Source: Haliotis rufescens (Eukaryota). From it: 64,000 nucleotides of DNA. The notes beneath the pieces were generated by a model. It saw only the letters and a program-made list of their open reading frames with translations, searched no databases and was not told where the DNA came from. The position numbers and the translations under genes are program-made. Below are positions 40,061-54,368 of the stretch, one piece after another (within the stretch, counting starts at the first letter, position 1; each line of letters opens with the position of its first letter). Location of the stretch: NCBI RefSeq assembly GCF_023055435.1, contig NW_025964361.1:54560001-54624000 (forward strand). Direction: 5' to 3'.

Positions 40061-40712
40061 AAGATTTATAGGTGCCAATTTTTAAAGCTGTAGACAATGG
40101 TTTTGAGATATTCTGCAAGCCAACAACCTTGCCTGCTTATATCACTAGATGTATGATAAATTATTTCAGCAACAGCTTTCCAACTTCACACATTATGCAA
40201 CAAGGATACAATCAGATGAATATTGTGATAAAATACAAATATCTGCAACAGTTTTGGACATGTGCCAGTTATTAACCTGATCAAAGTTTCAGGACACAAC
40301 CGCCTAATAGCCGCCATTATTCAAGGATATATCAATCAACTTATTTACCATGTTTTATTAACACATACAACATTTAATGTATATTATTATAACATTACTG
40401 ACTTTCTGTTACCATGGTTACACCTAAGGGGTAATATACAAAGTAAACATCGGCTGTTAATTCATTTGACATTTTCTAAAATCTAGATCACTATTATCCA
40501 CAAAAAGCATACACTTCTTAATGGAATTTCAAAGTGTGAGTGAGTGAGTGAGGTTTTACACAGCCGTCAACAACAAGCCTGCAAATGGAATAGTTGGGGC
40601 TTCAGCCCCGTCAGACACGGAATCCATGTGGATTCAAATCCAAATTTATAAAAAGTGGAAGCAATCACTTTAACTAGCATGCCTTTTACCATTGCCACTA
40701 TGCTTCTTCACT

Positions 40713-41175
40713 TGGGGTGTCACGATTCACTAATACACCGGTGCAATCGATAATATTCTGACTATACACTACGTGATACACACTTACCTGTATCAAGTCA
40801 TATTTTAATCCTGTATCGATTCACATTTTAATCCTGTATCATTTCCCATGTGAACCTATTCATACATATTCAATTTATTTAAATTTGGAGGGACATCCAA
40901 GGCATTTGGCAAACACGGAATTTGATATGTCAATTAATAAAAGAAAATACTTGTGTTGACACTCTGGTCTTATCTGAAATAAAGTATTGATTGATTGACA
41001 TATTTTTATCTTCAAATATGAGACCAGATATTCAGGAAGTTTCAAACCTTTTTAATGGTGTTGATGCCCTTTGAAATATAAAAAAAATTACACAAAATTG
41101 CCGATATATATCATATCGTGAACAAAGTATCTTGATGTGTATCAGATCGGGAGATAGTATATCGTGACATCCCTA
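40713..41175. mobile_element. MITE with GGGTGTCACGAT...ATCGTGACATCCC termini
   Basis: Short TIRs and GATAC/GTATC-rich subterminal repeats; related fragments near 120-192, 6632-6705 and 35375-35423. Confidence 0.6.
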
Positions 41176-41662
41176 TTCTTTACCCTTGTCCAATGGCAAA
41201 GATCAAAAGATAAATTTTATGCTTGTAAATTTAATGGGTGTCCAACCAACCAACCAACCAACCACAGGTTATTTAATTAACAACACAAACTCAACAATAC
41301 CAGTTTCCCTGGACTCAGTAAAATCAAACTTCTACACAAAGGTGCCAACATTCTGAAATGCAAAGATCCTGAATTGAATATTCATAAGCCCAATATAAAT
41401 TGTGCCAGACCAAAAAAACACAACCAATTTCAAAACAGCAAAATCACATATTCATCAAACCTTCCAGTGAGTCTGTCTCACAATCTAAGAACCATATTAT
41501 TTCCCTTCCGCCCAGCCCTTACTGTAATGCATAAGCCCTCAATGAATCAAGTCTAGACTTTCCACATGTTTCATCTAACTGGAGCTCCTTTTTCAATTAA
41601 ATGTAGCTGCTTGTTTCTATCAAAACTCAACCTTATACAAAAACCAAGCATCAGTCTACCTT

Positions 41663-41941
41663 TAGTTGGTTGGTTTGGTTGGTTTGTTGTTTAACGCCGC
41701 ACTTAGCAATATTCCAGCTATATGACGGCGGTCTGTAAATAATCGAGTCTGGACCAGACAATCCAGTGATTAATATAATGAGCATCGGTCCACGCAATTG
41801 GGATCGATGACATGCATCAACCAAGTCAGCGAGCCTGACCACTTGATCCCATTAGTTGCCTTTTACAACAAGCATAGTCGCCTTTTACGGCAAGCATGGG
41901 TTGCTGAAGACCTATTCTACCCCTGGAATCTTCACGGGGCT
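41663..41941 (-). mobile_element. Family C retroposon, full length
   Basis: TSD AGTCTACCTT at 41653-41662 and 41942-41951; 5' end GCCCCGTGAAG. Confidence 0.93.
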
Positions 41942-42073
41942 AGTCTACCTTCAACATGTTCAGGTATATATGAGGTTGTTTAACATCCCACTGAAGTCCT
42001 CCATACAAACACAGACAAGACATAATCATGGCTTCAAACATGCAGTTTGTGTAGACCCATTCAACATGATAAG

Positions 42074-42329
42074 TTGTTTTGTTTGTTTGTTTATTGTTTA
42101 ACGCCGCACTCAGCTATATAATATATTCCAGCTCTATGACGGCGGTCTGTAAATAATTGAGTCTGGACCAGACAATCCAGTGATTGACATCATGAGCATC
42201 GATCTACGAAATTGGGATATGATGACATGATCAACAAGTCAGCGAGCCTGACCACCCGATCCTGTTAGTCGCCTTTTACGGCAAGCATGGGTTGCTGAAG
42301 ACCTATTCCACCCTGGATCTCTGCGGGTC
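42074..42329 (-). mobile_element. Family C retroposon, full length, single-hairpin variant
   Basis: 5' end GACCCGCAGAG; (AAAC)n tail; body matches 41663-41941. Confidence 0.9.
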
Positions 42330-42690
42330 TGATGTGCTTAATTGGTGCTTCACGACACAACTGTCTGATCCTATTTTCAGAAACGAGATTCTCACGTAGT
42401 AAACTGACAGTGTTAAGGATCCAATTAACCAGTCGGGAAAACTCATCTAAGCATCACGATCCAATAATTATACAACTGAGGTTACCTAGCAACTACTTGT
42501 AATAAATCTATATCAAGATGTGATGCCAACTTACTCAAAAACATTTGCATAACATTTGACAAAATCTTATTTTAGGAAAACAAATTGCAATGTGCAAGCC
42601 TATTTAGAATACAGAAACACACAAGGACAATGATGTCTTTATCATATGTAATGTTATATGTAAAATAATCAAAGTTTATGACATACATGG

Positions 42691-44290
42691 CAGGGATTGA
42701 CTTCGGCCGCGATTCCGCGATATTCTTGCATAGTTGTCATAGACATTGCATTAACATTAATTCAGCGTGATTGAAAATAGCATCTACCTTTCAATAGTTT
42801 TATCCACATTGACACTCTCATTTTCACCTACAAACATCGAAAAAGTTGTATTGCTTGAATAAAATTATCTACCAGGGATAATTCTAGGCCCTCTTTCAAA
42901 TACAATGAGGCATTTTAACATTGTGCTGTACATGCTGTATGGGCGTACCTCAGGAATATTTGAAATTTTCACATGAAGGGCCCATGTCAGAAAATTCCTT
43001 GAGTGAACCCTGATCTACTGTATCTAAAAATGTCAATAAAAAACTTACTCGATAATTTCTTCAATCGTCAAAAGTTGTCAATCGAATCAGCGATTTGCAT
43101 ACTCACAACACTGCATGCCATCTCTTACAGGTGCATAACTGATTCCTATGGCACTGCGTGGAGCTTTGCACTACATTTTTTTATACTTGATTGTCAAGTC
43201 GTATTTGGTGATCTTCAACATGTCATTAGCCATATTTTTTTGTCACTTAAATCCTAGCAGAAATCAAAGACGTACAAGAATGTGCATCCGTGCAGAAATC
43301 AAGAGAAATAATGCAATCACGGCTAAAGTTTTAAAACACAAGCAAATTTCCATGTTGGAATGACAAAACCAAACCTAAATGAATATACATACAACTCTTT
43401 CTCCATAAAAATATACCAATTTCATATCACAAACAATGAGTGTTTTAGATGAGATTCGCCTAGACTTTAGACAAGACAGCACTGGTTTTCATGAACGTAA
43501 ACCCTCATGAGAATGGCCGACGTGCATGAATTACAAATTTTGAACTATTTCTAGTGGCCAAACAGCAAGTTGGAGATCTTTTAGAATATGCTACGATATG
43601 TTTGCTTCCAGATTTGTCCATATTTATTGAAAACTGACTTACATAATTGTTGCTAATTTAAACAAAAGGGTGATCCTGGAGCAAAAATCAATGTATATTG
43701 AACTGTCATTTCTTATTAATTAAAAAGGCCATATTGATAAGATTTCATTTGATATGGTCAGACAGCCGGTCTTTGATTACAGTACACACTACATACACTT
43801 CAAGACAGTGAAATTGACAAATGCACTGGAATGTAAATTATTTTATTTTTTTGCGCACAAACTGTTACACCATTTACAACTGTCGCTATTTCATGTCATC
43901 GCTTTGAATATATTAAATTACGATCTTAACAGACATTGTCGAAGACCTAGAAATTGTTTGTTCCCCGCATGCGAACGAAATGAACAGCTGATGGTGGTAT
44001 AAACATGCCTTATCTATAATAGTTCTTGCAAATAATTCCTCCTAAAGTCGACAATGAACTGAAATACATAAATATTCATGTATTTTCTCCTAAAGTAGAC
44101 AATGAACAGAAATATAAATATTAATGCATATTTTTGTTGATACTAATGCTTATATTTTTAAATATTCACAGTGGGATAATTAATGTTTGAAAATATCTGA
44201 GGATGTATCTCATCACACACCCAAAAATCTCATTGCTTTCAGACCAGGGGGATTTTCTCTCATTGGTAAAAAATTCAAGGTTAATCCTTG
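42691..44290 (+). mobile_element. Non-autonomous DNA transposon, about 1.6 kb, hAT-like CAGGG terminus
   Basis: Left end CAGGGATTGAC, right end GTTAATCCTTG (imperfect TIR); a second copy starts at 63315. Confidence 0.7.
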
Positions 44291-47200
44291 CCATGGTATT
44301 TTCATTTCTGAAGTAACTTCAGAAATAGGGTAGGAATACAATGCCTGAGTGAACTGCCCCATTTATGATATAGTGCCAAATGACTTGCAGTCATGATGGT
44401 TTACATCAGCACTTATATACATCGGGAAACGTAAATGAACTATTTACGATACGACTCATTTTTTGGGTAATAATCTCCTCACATGCTTCCTCTCAAACCA
44501 GACGGAACTACATCAGAACTACATACAGTTTTTTACAGGAAGGAAATCGCAGGAAGAAAAACACTTTTATCCACTTACCAAATTTAACACACAAAATTCC
44601 AAGGGTTTGAGCTTATCACAAATATAAATCAATTTGTATTGTTGATAATAAATGGAACATGCCAGAAATATTTAAGACAACTGATAATTTTAAACTCCTC
44701 AAATAAGTTTGTAATGACTAATGTTCGAAGCAAATGGTTGCAAAATTATTAATTTGTCCTGAAGTATCACACAGTTGTGGTCTAAATAGCATCTGGTCCA
44801 AACTCGATTATTTACAGGCCGTCGTCATATAGCTGGAATATTGCTGAATGCTGCGTTAAACTAAGATCAAACAAACAAACAATACAATACAATAAAGTCA
44901 CAACCATGATCCAGTCACAAACATTCACAACCAGTGATACTGCCTTCTAATCAGCTTTACTCCCATCACTGAGCAATCAATCCCATCAACATGATCAATA
45001 CTGTTGGTCAGTCTAATTCATCAGCAAAATCTACTGCAACAAGGCAGTTCGCAATAAACAGCTCCAAATATATCCCACAAGACAAGAACCCAGTTCTCTA
45101 ACGCACATCCACAGCGCTGTGAAACCCATCTCAATCATTCTGTGGGAGGATCATGTCAGCCTTGTATTCTATAATCAGACTCAAAATCTATTTCTGATCA
45201 CGAATTCTACACCTAGATATTAATCAAGCTGATGCACAGGGTTGCTGAGATTCAAGATTCAATGGGTGCCGTCTTAATGCAAATGATACATCAAACCCAG
45301 CATCCACATGTCACTATCTAAATTATTCTAGTCAAATAGGGCGAGAGAAGAACATCCACAAATATGATGAAATATTCATGAAAAAAACAATCATGTATAA
45401 AAAGGTATTCAAACCAAACGGTGCAGTGCCAAAGCAAATGATATGCGAAGCTCGTAGAACAAATTTTCTACCTGGCCGCATTAGTTCCATTGGAGAAACA
45501 AATCTCGCCATAGTGACCACGTTGGCTGTCCTTGATGCAGATATATTTGCTACATTTGACACAGACTTACAGACATCCACCAGGCAGTGAATTGTTGCCA
45601 CTGTGCAACATCGGTTCAGTAAAATCCGATTGGAAATTTCCTTGCGAATACTTCATGTTGTCTAACCAATACATCATGAGAAGCATACAGAAACATAACG
45701 ATACATTATCCACTGGCATCAAAATATCAACGTCTGCATGATGGTAACGAAATAGGGAAGTCGAAATATTTACGCAACGCCAAGGTTTAACTGGTATTCA
45801 AGAAACACTCACATTGATCTAAATCAATACATTATTAATTTGTATCGCTCTGCTAGCACACAACAAGCCAAGTAACCCCAAAGGACTACATATGGAACCC
45901 TGCCACAAAGCCAAATATGGTGGGTGGGAAACTAGAAGTGGAGCAGACGTCAACTTCATTGACCTGAAGGAGGATTTGACCTCACTGATCAAGTTCATCA
46001 ACACATAATATAATTTGTTTATGGGGGCATTTTCTATATAAAGGTACTGTGAGCTGGCTAAAGGAGATGGTATGGGCTGACTGCTGGCTTGGTCGACCAG
46101 GCGTGGGGTGACCATGCCACAATCAATATCGGGGCAGGAGCTGGTGTACGTAGTCAACGTCTGCAAGGTGGCGATCAGCCGCGGATGGAAGACAACACTA
46201 GAAATATGGCAGGGCCAGGATCATTAGTTAAAGCACATTCAGGTCCTCAGTGAACACTTAAGTGTGCTGTAACAGTCCAGAACATGGAACATGTTATTGC
46301 AATGTCTCTGATGGTGGGAGAAGTATCACCAGACAGCTTGGCCCCACGGGGACATGTAACATATGGAGAGTTTGTAGAAAGGACATTTTGTCTTCTGCCA
46401 AGGATAAAAGTACACATGACTTTGCATGTAAACAATTATAGATGAGACAGATACACATGACTTTGAATGAGAGAAATCATATGTGGACCAGGTACACATG
46501 AGCTTGCATGTTAACAGTTATATAGGGAACATACAAGTTATGTTAAGAGTGAATTATTATTATTGATTTTGAAAGAAAACAATTCAAGTTTTGAGAAAAC
46601 TCCACATGAAGGCCCAAAACGATGAGGTTGTCAGCTGTAAACAGTCAAAGCCATACGTGGAATATTGAGCACCCTGCTCCCAAAAAGCATCCCTCCCCAC
46701 AACCCATCCTCCAATGTTTCAAAACCAGAATCCAAAGTTTCCTAAAATATCAAGATTATACAGAAATCTAGTCTGGCAGTCTGCGACTTTATCCACTAGT
46801 CCAAAGCCCTAGTCAAGTAAAATTCTGTTCAGTCTGGTAAGCTCAGCCGAAACTGGTCCATACAATAACACAAAAATCTACTCAAAAAGTGTCAAGTTCA
46901 GGCTAGTAGACCCACAAGCTTTTGGAACACACTGGTCTATTAATATTTCTTTCAGGCTATCAGGCTCAGCTTGTGACAGCCCATTGTAAGGCTCACACAT
47001 CGGTAGTAAAGCCCCCATGTTAGGAGTAAAATCTTCAGAAAACGATGTGGAAAGAAAAGGTCAGGGGATTTCATTAAGTCTGCTTGACACAAAGTGGAAT
47101 TGGTAAGTTTTTCTATGCACTCTGTTTTGAAACTCAATAGGCCCGGACCCATCAACACATCCCCAGCATGTTACAGACCAATTGGGCACGCAATACACTG

Positions 47201-48189
47201 AACACTATACTCAGGTCTGCCAATGAAAACTGTCTAAGTCTACAATACACTGGGAAGCAGCAACAGAAAAAGATGAAAATGTAACTACCCGGTAAAAACT
47301 AATAAAAAGAGCATCAGAAATCTGAGAGCCCACTGCCGAAAACATGGAAACAGTAGCACTAAAACAGACAGAATGTAACATTCCAAACAAGACATGCGCA
47401 GAACAAGTGGGAAGTTGATTGCCATGTCACGAGGATCAACAAATAGAGAGCAAATTTACATATTACAGCGCTAATATAGAAGATGCTAGATTTGTATTTT
47501 TATATTAGAGTTGTGAAATGTAAATTTACTCTATGTTTTCGGCAGTGTACTCTTACACTCATGATGATATTTCTTAGTTTTTAGTTACGATCTCATTTCC
47601 TTTTGTGTATTGATATATTTTTTTTTGTTGCAGTCTGTTTCCTTTGGTAGGTCTGACACTTATGTCACAAAAATAGGATAAACCTAAAGATGAATCAAAG
47701 CCCACATGATAGTTGGCTAACACAATCAATCGGGGAGGAACACTGTAGACAGTATTAATGGTATGCATCTATTTGGACTGTGACAGACACTTTTCAGATG
47801 GACGATGAGCACGGCTTTTGGTATGTTATCATACTTATCTCTGCAATATGAAAATGTGTCTACAAGCTTTTTTCCAAGCTCGTAGACACATTTGGAATAC
47901 AGCATACAAACACTACTTACAAATTTAGATTACAAATGGAATACTTCGGGTAAGACACCTTCAGATGAATAATCCATTCTGCATACATGACTGAAGACAC
48001 AATTAGATCAATAATTCATCTGCAATACTTGACATGAGACACCATCAGATTGAAAATTCATCAGGAACATCTGGCTTTCAGACACAACATGGCCGGACTG
48101 CCAGCCAAGCTTATATCTTATCTTGACAATATAAAAACACTTACAAGTTCATCCAAATGCTGATGCGACAATGCAAATGAACATACGTA

Positions 48190-48430
48190 TACCCATAAAG
48201 ATCTGGCTTAGAATAAGTCTCCAGCAACCCATGTTTGTCATAAAAGGCGACTAAAGGGATCGGGTGGTCAGGCTCGCTGACTTGGTTAAAATATGTCATT
48301 GTATCTCAACTGCATAGATTGATGCTAATGTCAATCACTGGATTGTCTGAGCCACAATGAATTATTTGCAGGCCGCAGTCATATAGCTGGAATGTTGCTG
48401 AGTGCGGCGATAAACAACAAACAACAACAA
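48190..48430 (+). mobile_element. Family C retroposon, diverged
   Basis: Head, body and (AAC)n tail match 35745-36010. Confidence 0.85.
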
Positions 48431-50529
48431 TAGGATATATGTACCTTATGACTTGACTACAAGCAGAGCCAGGAAGCACAGGAACACGTCAAACACGTCC
48501 CTCCATGTTAATCTGGAAGATAATTCCTTCTACTCCTGTCTCAGAATGACCAGTAGCCATGATGAGGGCTGTCATATGGTACATAGCTGATGCACGAAAA
48601 TATCTTTAATAGCATTGAACTGTGAAATGATGACGCATTAAGAACACGATGACGACGTGATAATGCTGCGAAGGCTAGTGACCCACCCCGAATCCCCACG
48701 GTTTGACCTGTGTAGTACTAAGCTCTGGCCAACTTTATAATCACTTCCTCATTAACTCGCACTATTTACGAGCAGGAGAAAGAAATCAATATCACAGAAA
48801 TAGGCCTACATTTATAGCTCCGCAATATGTAACATATCATGAATACTTCAAGTGTATTTCTTATGCACAGTCTAAGCAGCTGAATAGTTATTGTACCAGC
48901 CTCAGCTTCAAGAGTAGCAAGTGAAGGAGTGATCGAGTTATGAAATGTCGATCTGGTTGATGAGGATGTGCGTGATCTGGGAGCAACCAAAGTGTCCTGC
49001 TCAGCCTTAGAAATTTGTTTTCTTTTAAGACTAGTCCCGAGGACTAGTGTAAACCTTATTTCCCCAGTCCACAGTGTTTGAAGCTAGTTCTGCTTGAACA
49101 TGACCAATAATGCTTAATATATTTACATTTTCTGTTAGTTTTATCATGTCTAACCGGTTCTGATGTTTAGCAGAAAGAGATGGTTAAGCATCATAGCCCT
49201 CAAATGCTGCTAGTCAGTGAGCACTGGTGAGCCACTGGTGAGGACAACCATCATTTTGACTTGCTCTCAGCACACTTTAGTAGTCTCTGCTAGTTGACTA
49301 GTCTGTCTTACAAACCCTGATACAAATATATATCAAGTACAGCCCATGCAAGTCTATAATGTTTGGCAAGTCTAGATTACTGCAGTATCAAGAGAGTCAC
49401 TGGGCTCCCTTTTATTATATTTTTATTAAGATAACTGAACAACTGTTTTTTCTGTACGATATGTTCATTTCAGAGACTAGATGTTAGTCTACTTGTGGAC
49501 TTGCATGATTCTTTAAGGCTGAGTCTTAGTTCTTAGAAATAAGAGAGATATCAACTAGTGTTAGACACTGAGTTGGGTCAGGGTAGCAACTAAAGTGTCC
49601 TATGCAGACTTTGTTTTCGTCTTATAAACTCTATGCCGCTTGTCCTCAGAGTTGTAGCTAGTCCTGCTTGTACAAGACAACAATGTTTACGGTACTATTT
49701 ACATTTGCTGTCAGTTTTATTCATGCTCAATTCGTAGCAAAATTAAAGCATTTAGAAAGAATTCAGAATTTTAGCCCTCAAATGCTACTAGTGTTTGAGG
49801 ACTTCCATCATTGTTCTCAGCACCAGTGCGTTTTAGTGGGGGGGGGGGGGGTGAAATTGGGGAGGGTGCTGGGGCCTAGAGGTTTTTAACTTTAGTATTT
49901 CAATACAGCAACTTGTGGATGTTCACATATATCTTTAGATTGGATTGTGCTATTGAGTATATGATGGTCAGGGATTTCTGAAAATGCATGAATTAATCAA
50001 CATTGTAAATACAAGTTTGCTAATTAAAAAATTTGCAAGCACTCTCTTTGTATTTGTAGTCAAACAAGCCGTGAGACAGGTTCTTTTGAGTATAGCGACA
50101 TCTCTGTATAATGAATGCTATCATATACTGCCATGACATTCAGAAGAATGAGAAAAGACAGATGGTTTTCTGTCAAATGTATATTAAATTCAATAAATAA
50201 CGAAAATAATATTCATGTTGCCATGCCAACACATTCTGTGCACATATGGTTACTGAGACGAAAAATGCTATCGTGCTGAAGAGTTTATCACAGTGACACT
50301 GAAAAATAACATGTGGTGTCTCCATTAGAGACTGAGATTAAGTCTCAGAAATAAAATTATCTCATAAAAAAATATATATATCAGCAATATAAAAATATCT
50401 AAAATCTAAATGGAGCCCAGAACAATCCTTAATTTCTAATTTCTAGAGCTGTGGCAAGACTTGCGAAATCATTCTAGACTTGAGTTGAACACCTTCTTCA
50501 ATTTATTCTCTAGGGTCTGGGAGACAGAC

Positions 50530-50722
50530 ATGTTTCCTTAGGCAAGTGACTTTGTTCGAAATATGCCTCTGTTCATACAGCAGTGAATGGGTACCTGATA
50601 GGATGACATGGTCATGTGACTGTTAAACGTCTAGCACCTCACAGGCAGCTCAGTTGTATACTCCCCAGGGAGATGACGATAAAAATCGAATGCACCCTGA
50701 TCCACTGATCCCAGTAATAATG
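50530..50722 (+). mobile_element. SINE family E (CORE/Deu-like central domain)
   Basis: CCTTAGGCAAG...GAATGGGTACC...ACTCCCCAGGGAG; the domain assignment is from recall. Confidence 0.6.
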
Positions 50723-50739
50723 GTCTCTGGTACCATTAC

Positions 50740-51070
50740 ATCTTCCTGAGGCAAGAGAGTTAACTGACTATAAAAGTCCGGTTTCCACCCTTGCCGAACT
50801 AGGCTGGTATTATGGAGTTACATTTGTGCTGGTCTAATGAGTTGGGCTTAGTCCAATCAAAATCGTGCAATGAAATCGAAATCCGGTTCGTAAACTGTCA
50901 TGCAGATTTCAGTCGATTGCAGGATTTACAAAGCATGTGCACACACTATAGATCTTGATTATCGACCAGATTGTCGCCATTTTGTTTGAAACAAATGCAA
51001 GTGATACAAGAGTAGGAATCTGATTGGTCCATAGGATAGGCATAGAAGGGACATAACTCGTAATAACCAA
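50740..51070 (+). mobile_element. ATCTTCC TIR element, right end missing
   Basis: Colinear with 38945-39380, with an internal deletion. Confidence 0.85.
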
Positions 51071-52377
51071 TAACTTTTTTGTCAAACCTAGTTTTCAACT
51101 GTATACTTTCTTTTGCCTGCCAGCTTAGCTCAAAATTAACAAAAGAACATGGTGTGAAAATATAACTGATTTCTGACCTGGTCTTTGCTAGCAAATCATG
51201 GCTTGACATAAGGATCTTGGTGCATGTTGACATGAAAAGCTAGTTGCACCAGACAAATCCAGGTTGCACCCTTGTCCAATACATTTATCCAAGTTGAAAA
51301 AAAGATCCTTAAAATAGTTTAAATAAGTACAATCTTAGATCTCTGATGATTGTGTCATGTGTCATGAATTACACAAAACACAGCAATTAGTGATGTAGTA
51401 TGCTAAATAAAGCTTAGAGGTATTGAGTGTGTTCAAAGATTGATGTTTAGTGGGTAAGGGCTAGTCCGACACAAATTTGAATTTTTTTACATGCACTTGG
51501 TGCTTGTAGACATAAATATTAGGATGCACTTTTCAATAGTAGGTTGCTCTGGTACATGTGTTAGATAGCTAAATCGAGCCTTGCAAATATAACTAATGTC
51601 TGTGAACCAAGTAGCCAAGTGGGCCAGATAATAATAATCAAACATATTTTTTAAGGATTCACTTAAAGTATGATAAGTGAGTGCATGGTGTTTAATGCTG
51701 CAATCAGCAAACAGCAATATCAGCTATATCATCCCGGGCGGAACACGATCAAGTCTGACCTTGGGGCATACCAGAGGCAGGAAGGATGGCCAATGATCGT
51801 AATCACCGAGGCATGGTGAAGTCATCCAATGGATCATCCTATTCATTTGAGTTGACACTTACGACAAGAATGAGGTACATGACAAATAATTCCCAAAACC
51901 CAATCAGTGTGCAAATTTGTTGAAATCTCAAAATGCACAATAAACATGACTACTGCCATAACTGTAAGTATCTCTTTCCTCATTAAGAAGGACGTTTATT
52001 TGTTACTATTTACTGCTTATTGTTTACTGCTGGGCTCTGTTTAATACACCAGCCAGTAGTTTATTGGTCATAGCGTACTGCCATGTCAGCTCTGTCTAAT
52101 ACATAAGCCTAGTATGAGAGGCACAACATTTCAGATTGTCTGTCCCTCGCCTATAAAATTATCCCTTGTTCCTCATAGCCTGTTGGTTATTCGCTAAGTA
52201 TTCACAATAAAATAAATAGATAGATAACAGGCCTACCAAAGCAAATCACCAGAGGGTAACAAAACTATGTAATATGTACACACTATAAATAGATATAGCC
52301 ACATAAACTACAAACAAGACACAATCCCCATAAAGTTTGCATTGTAATTTGTAATGATTAAGACTGTCAGATTTTCA

Positions 52378-52640
52378 GTGAGTGAGTTGGGTTTAATGCC
52401 GCTTTTAATATTATTCCAGTTATATCACGGCATGTCAGCTTTTTGTGGGAGGAAAGCCTGCAGTGATGTAGGTCTCAGACGTTTACCACTTCGGTGATGG
52501 GTATGGTGCTGACAAACCCAGAAACATAATCGGGGCGAGCCGGGATTCGAACCCACAATCATAGGTTTCTGGCGTGCCCAAGGGCGCAACTCTGCATAGC
52601 GAATCGCGGTGCCTTAGACGACTGGGCCACCTGTGTCCCC
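52378..52640 (-). mobile_element. tRNA-derived SINE family D, full length
   Basis: Head GGTGGCCCAGTCGTCTAAGGC (tRNA-Leu/Ser-like A-box), B-box GGTTCGAATCCC, TSD TCAGATTTTCA at 52367-52377 and 52641-52651. Confidence 0.92.
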
Positions 52641-52926
52641 TCAGATTTTCAATGGAAGCAAACACAGTAAATCACACAGACTGAAACAGACTGCAACAGA
52701 CCAAGTTTTCAATGACAATGTGGCGGGTTTTGATCATTACAATGTAAACTTTATTGTGTGTACACATTCCTAAGTTTTATTCCTGCTGGTTTTCTTTGCT
52801 AGGGCAGGATTATCAGTGAATCCACAGTTTGCAACAGGCTACCAATGACGTAATCTGCTTGTTCTATATCACTGACAATCACTTCCCTGTAAAACATAGC
52901 TGAACATACTCCTGTATTGCACTGTA

Positions 52927-53018
52927 GAGTGAGTGAGTGAGTGAGTGAGTGAGTGAGTGAGTGAGTGAGTGAGTGAGTGAGTGAGTGAGTGAGTGAGTGA
53001 GTGAGTGAGTGAGTGAGT
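52927..53018. repeat. (GAGT)n microsatellite, tail of a truncated SINE
   Basis: Followed by tail-like TTTAAACAGTATTCCAGCATTATCAC. Confidence 0.9.
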
Positions 53019-53923
53019 TGGATTTATCAGTACTTTAAACAGTATTCCAGCATTATCACAACGTTAATGGTTTCAGGAAAATGATTAACAGGTACAAGAT
53101 TCTTCAAACAGTGACAATCCTAATAAAACTCTACCTCCTGTCAAAACTATATCATCTACACGAGTTTCATTCAAACCCCGAGCAACATCAGAGCAATCTA
53201 CTAGGCCAGATCATATTGCCGCCATTTCAATATCACCAACCCATCGGATAAAACTGATACTGCAACACTGATCATTAGAACATTTGTCATTGTTCCCATG
53301 AAACAGCTGACATTATTCCACTGGGTTATTTCACACCGTGCAGACAACAGTGATATATCTGTAGTCTGTTTACACCGCCGATACTTTTAGAACCGAAATA
53401 ATCCCGAAACACCATCTGTACTCACTTCAAACACTTCCAAGATTAAACTTCATGAACACGGTGAAGCTGCCTTGAAATAATCCGGAAGTTGACACAAAAG
53501 CCAAGCTGATATTTACATTGAGTAGGCTGAAGCCAAGCCAACCTTACACAGGAATTAATTAGCCAATATATCACCCTGATTAGGCTGCAATGTGAAAATG
53601 TCAATTACGCTATGAGCACCTAGTCTGGTGGAATGTCTGTAGAAATAGCATGCGGCATCCACTACTCCACTGAAATAAACAACTGTTGATATATGTTCAG
53701 GTATTATACAGGATTATATTACTATTCATAGCTATTAACCTTTATGATACCAACATATATGTTTCCAATGAATTTATATTACAAACTTGAAAGGATTATG
53801 ATGAATATTTTTGAAAACGATGAAAGGTACAGATGCCGTTTCATATTGATTTTGCTTTGTTATTGTAACAGATCATTCAGCAGATGATGAATTAGGTTTG
53901 TAAACTAATCATCCCTCTTGTAT

Positions 53924-54045
53924 TGAGTATTGTTTTACGCCACTTTTAGCAATATTCCAGCAATATCACGGCGGGGGACACCAGAAATGGGCTTCACACA
54001 TTGTACCCATGTCGGGAATCGAACCCGGGTTTTCCGACCGCCCCA
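53924..54045 (-). mobile_element. SINE family A with an internal head deletion
   Basis: Matches 628-800; flanked by ATCCCTCT direct repeats. Confidence 0.85.
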
Positions 54046-54098
54046 TATCCCTCTAGTAATCATGGTAAATGTCATTTAACATCATACTGAAAATAAAT

Positions 54099-54368
54099 GA
54101 GTGAGTGAGCGAGTGAGTTGGGTTCAACATCACTTTGAACAATATTCCAGTTTTATCATGGCGTGTCAGATTAATGTGGGAGGAAAGCCCAAAATGATGC
54201 AGGTCTTAGATGTTTAACACTTTGATTAAACCCACAAGCATGGGTATGGTGCTGACAAAGCTAAAACAATAACAGGGGTTAACCAGGACTCGAACACAAG
54301 ATCACCGGTTTCTAGCACGTCCAAGGGACGCAACTCTGCACAGTGAATTAGGGTCACGGCCTAAATGA
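54099..54368 (-). mobile_element. SINE family D, diverged
   Basis: Colinear with 52378-52640. Confidence 0.82.

Noticed and set aside
41895-41941. Hammerhead ribozyme core (CTGAAGA) in the antisense of the family C head
   Set aside because: No stem II followed by GAAA; the motif is one arm of hairpin 1.
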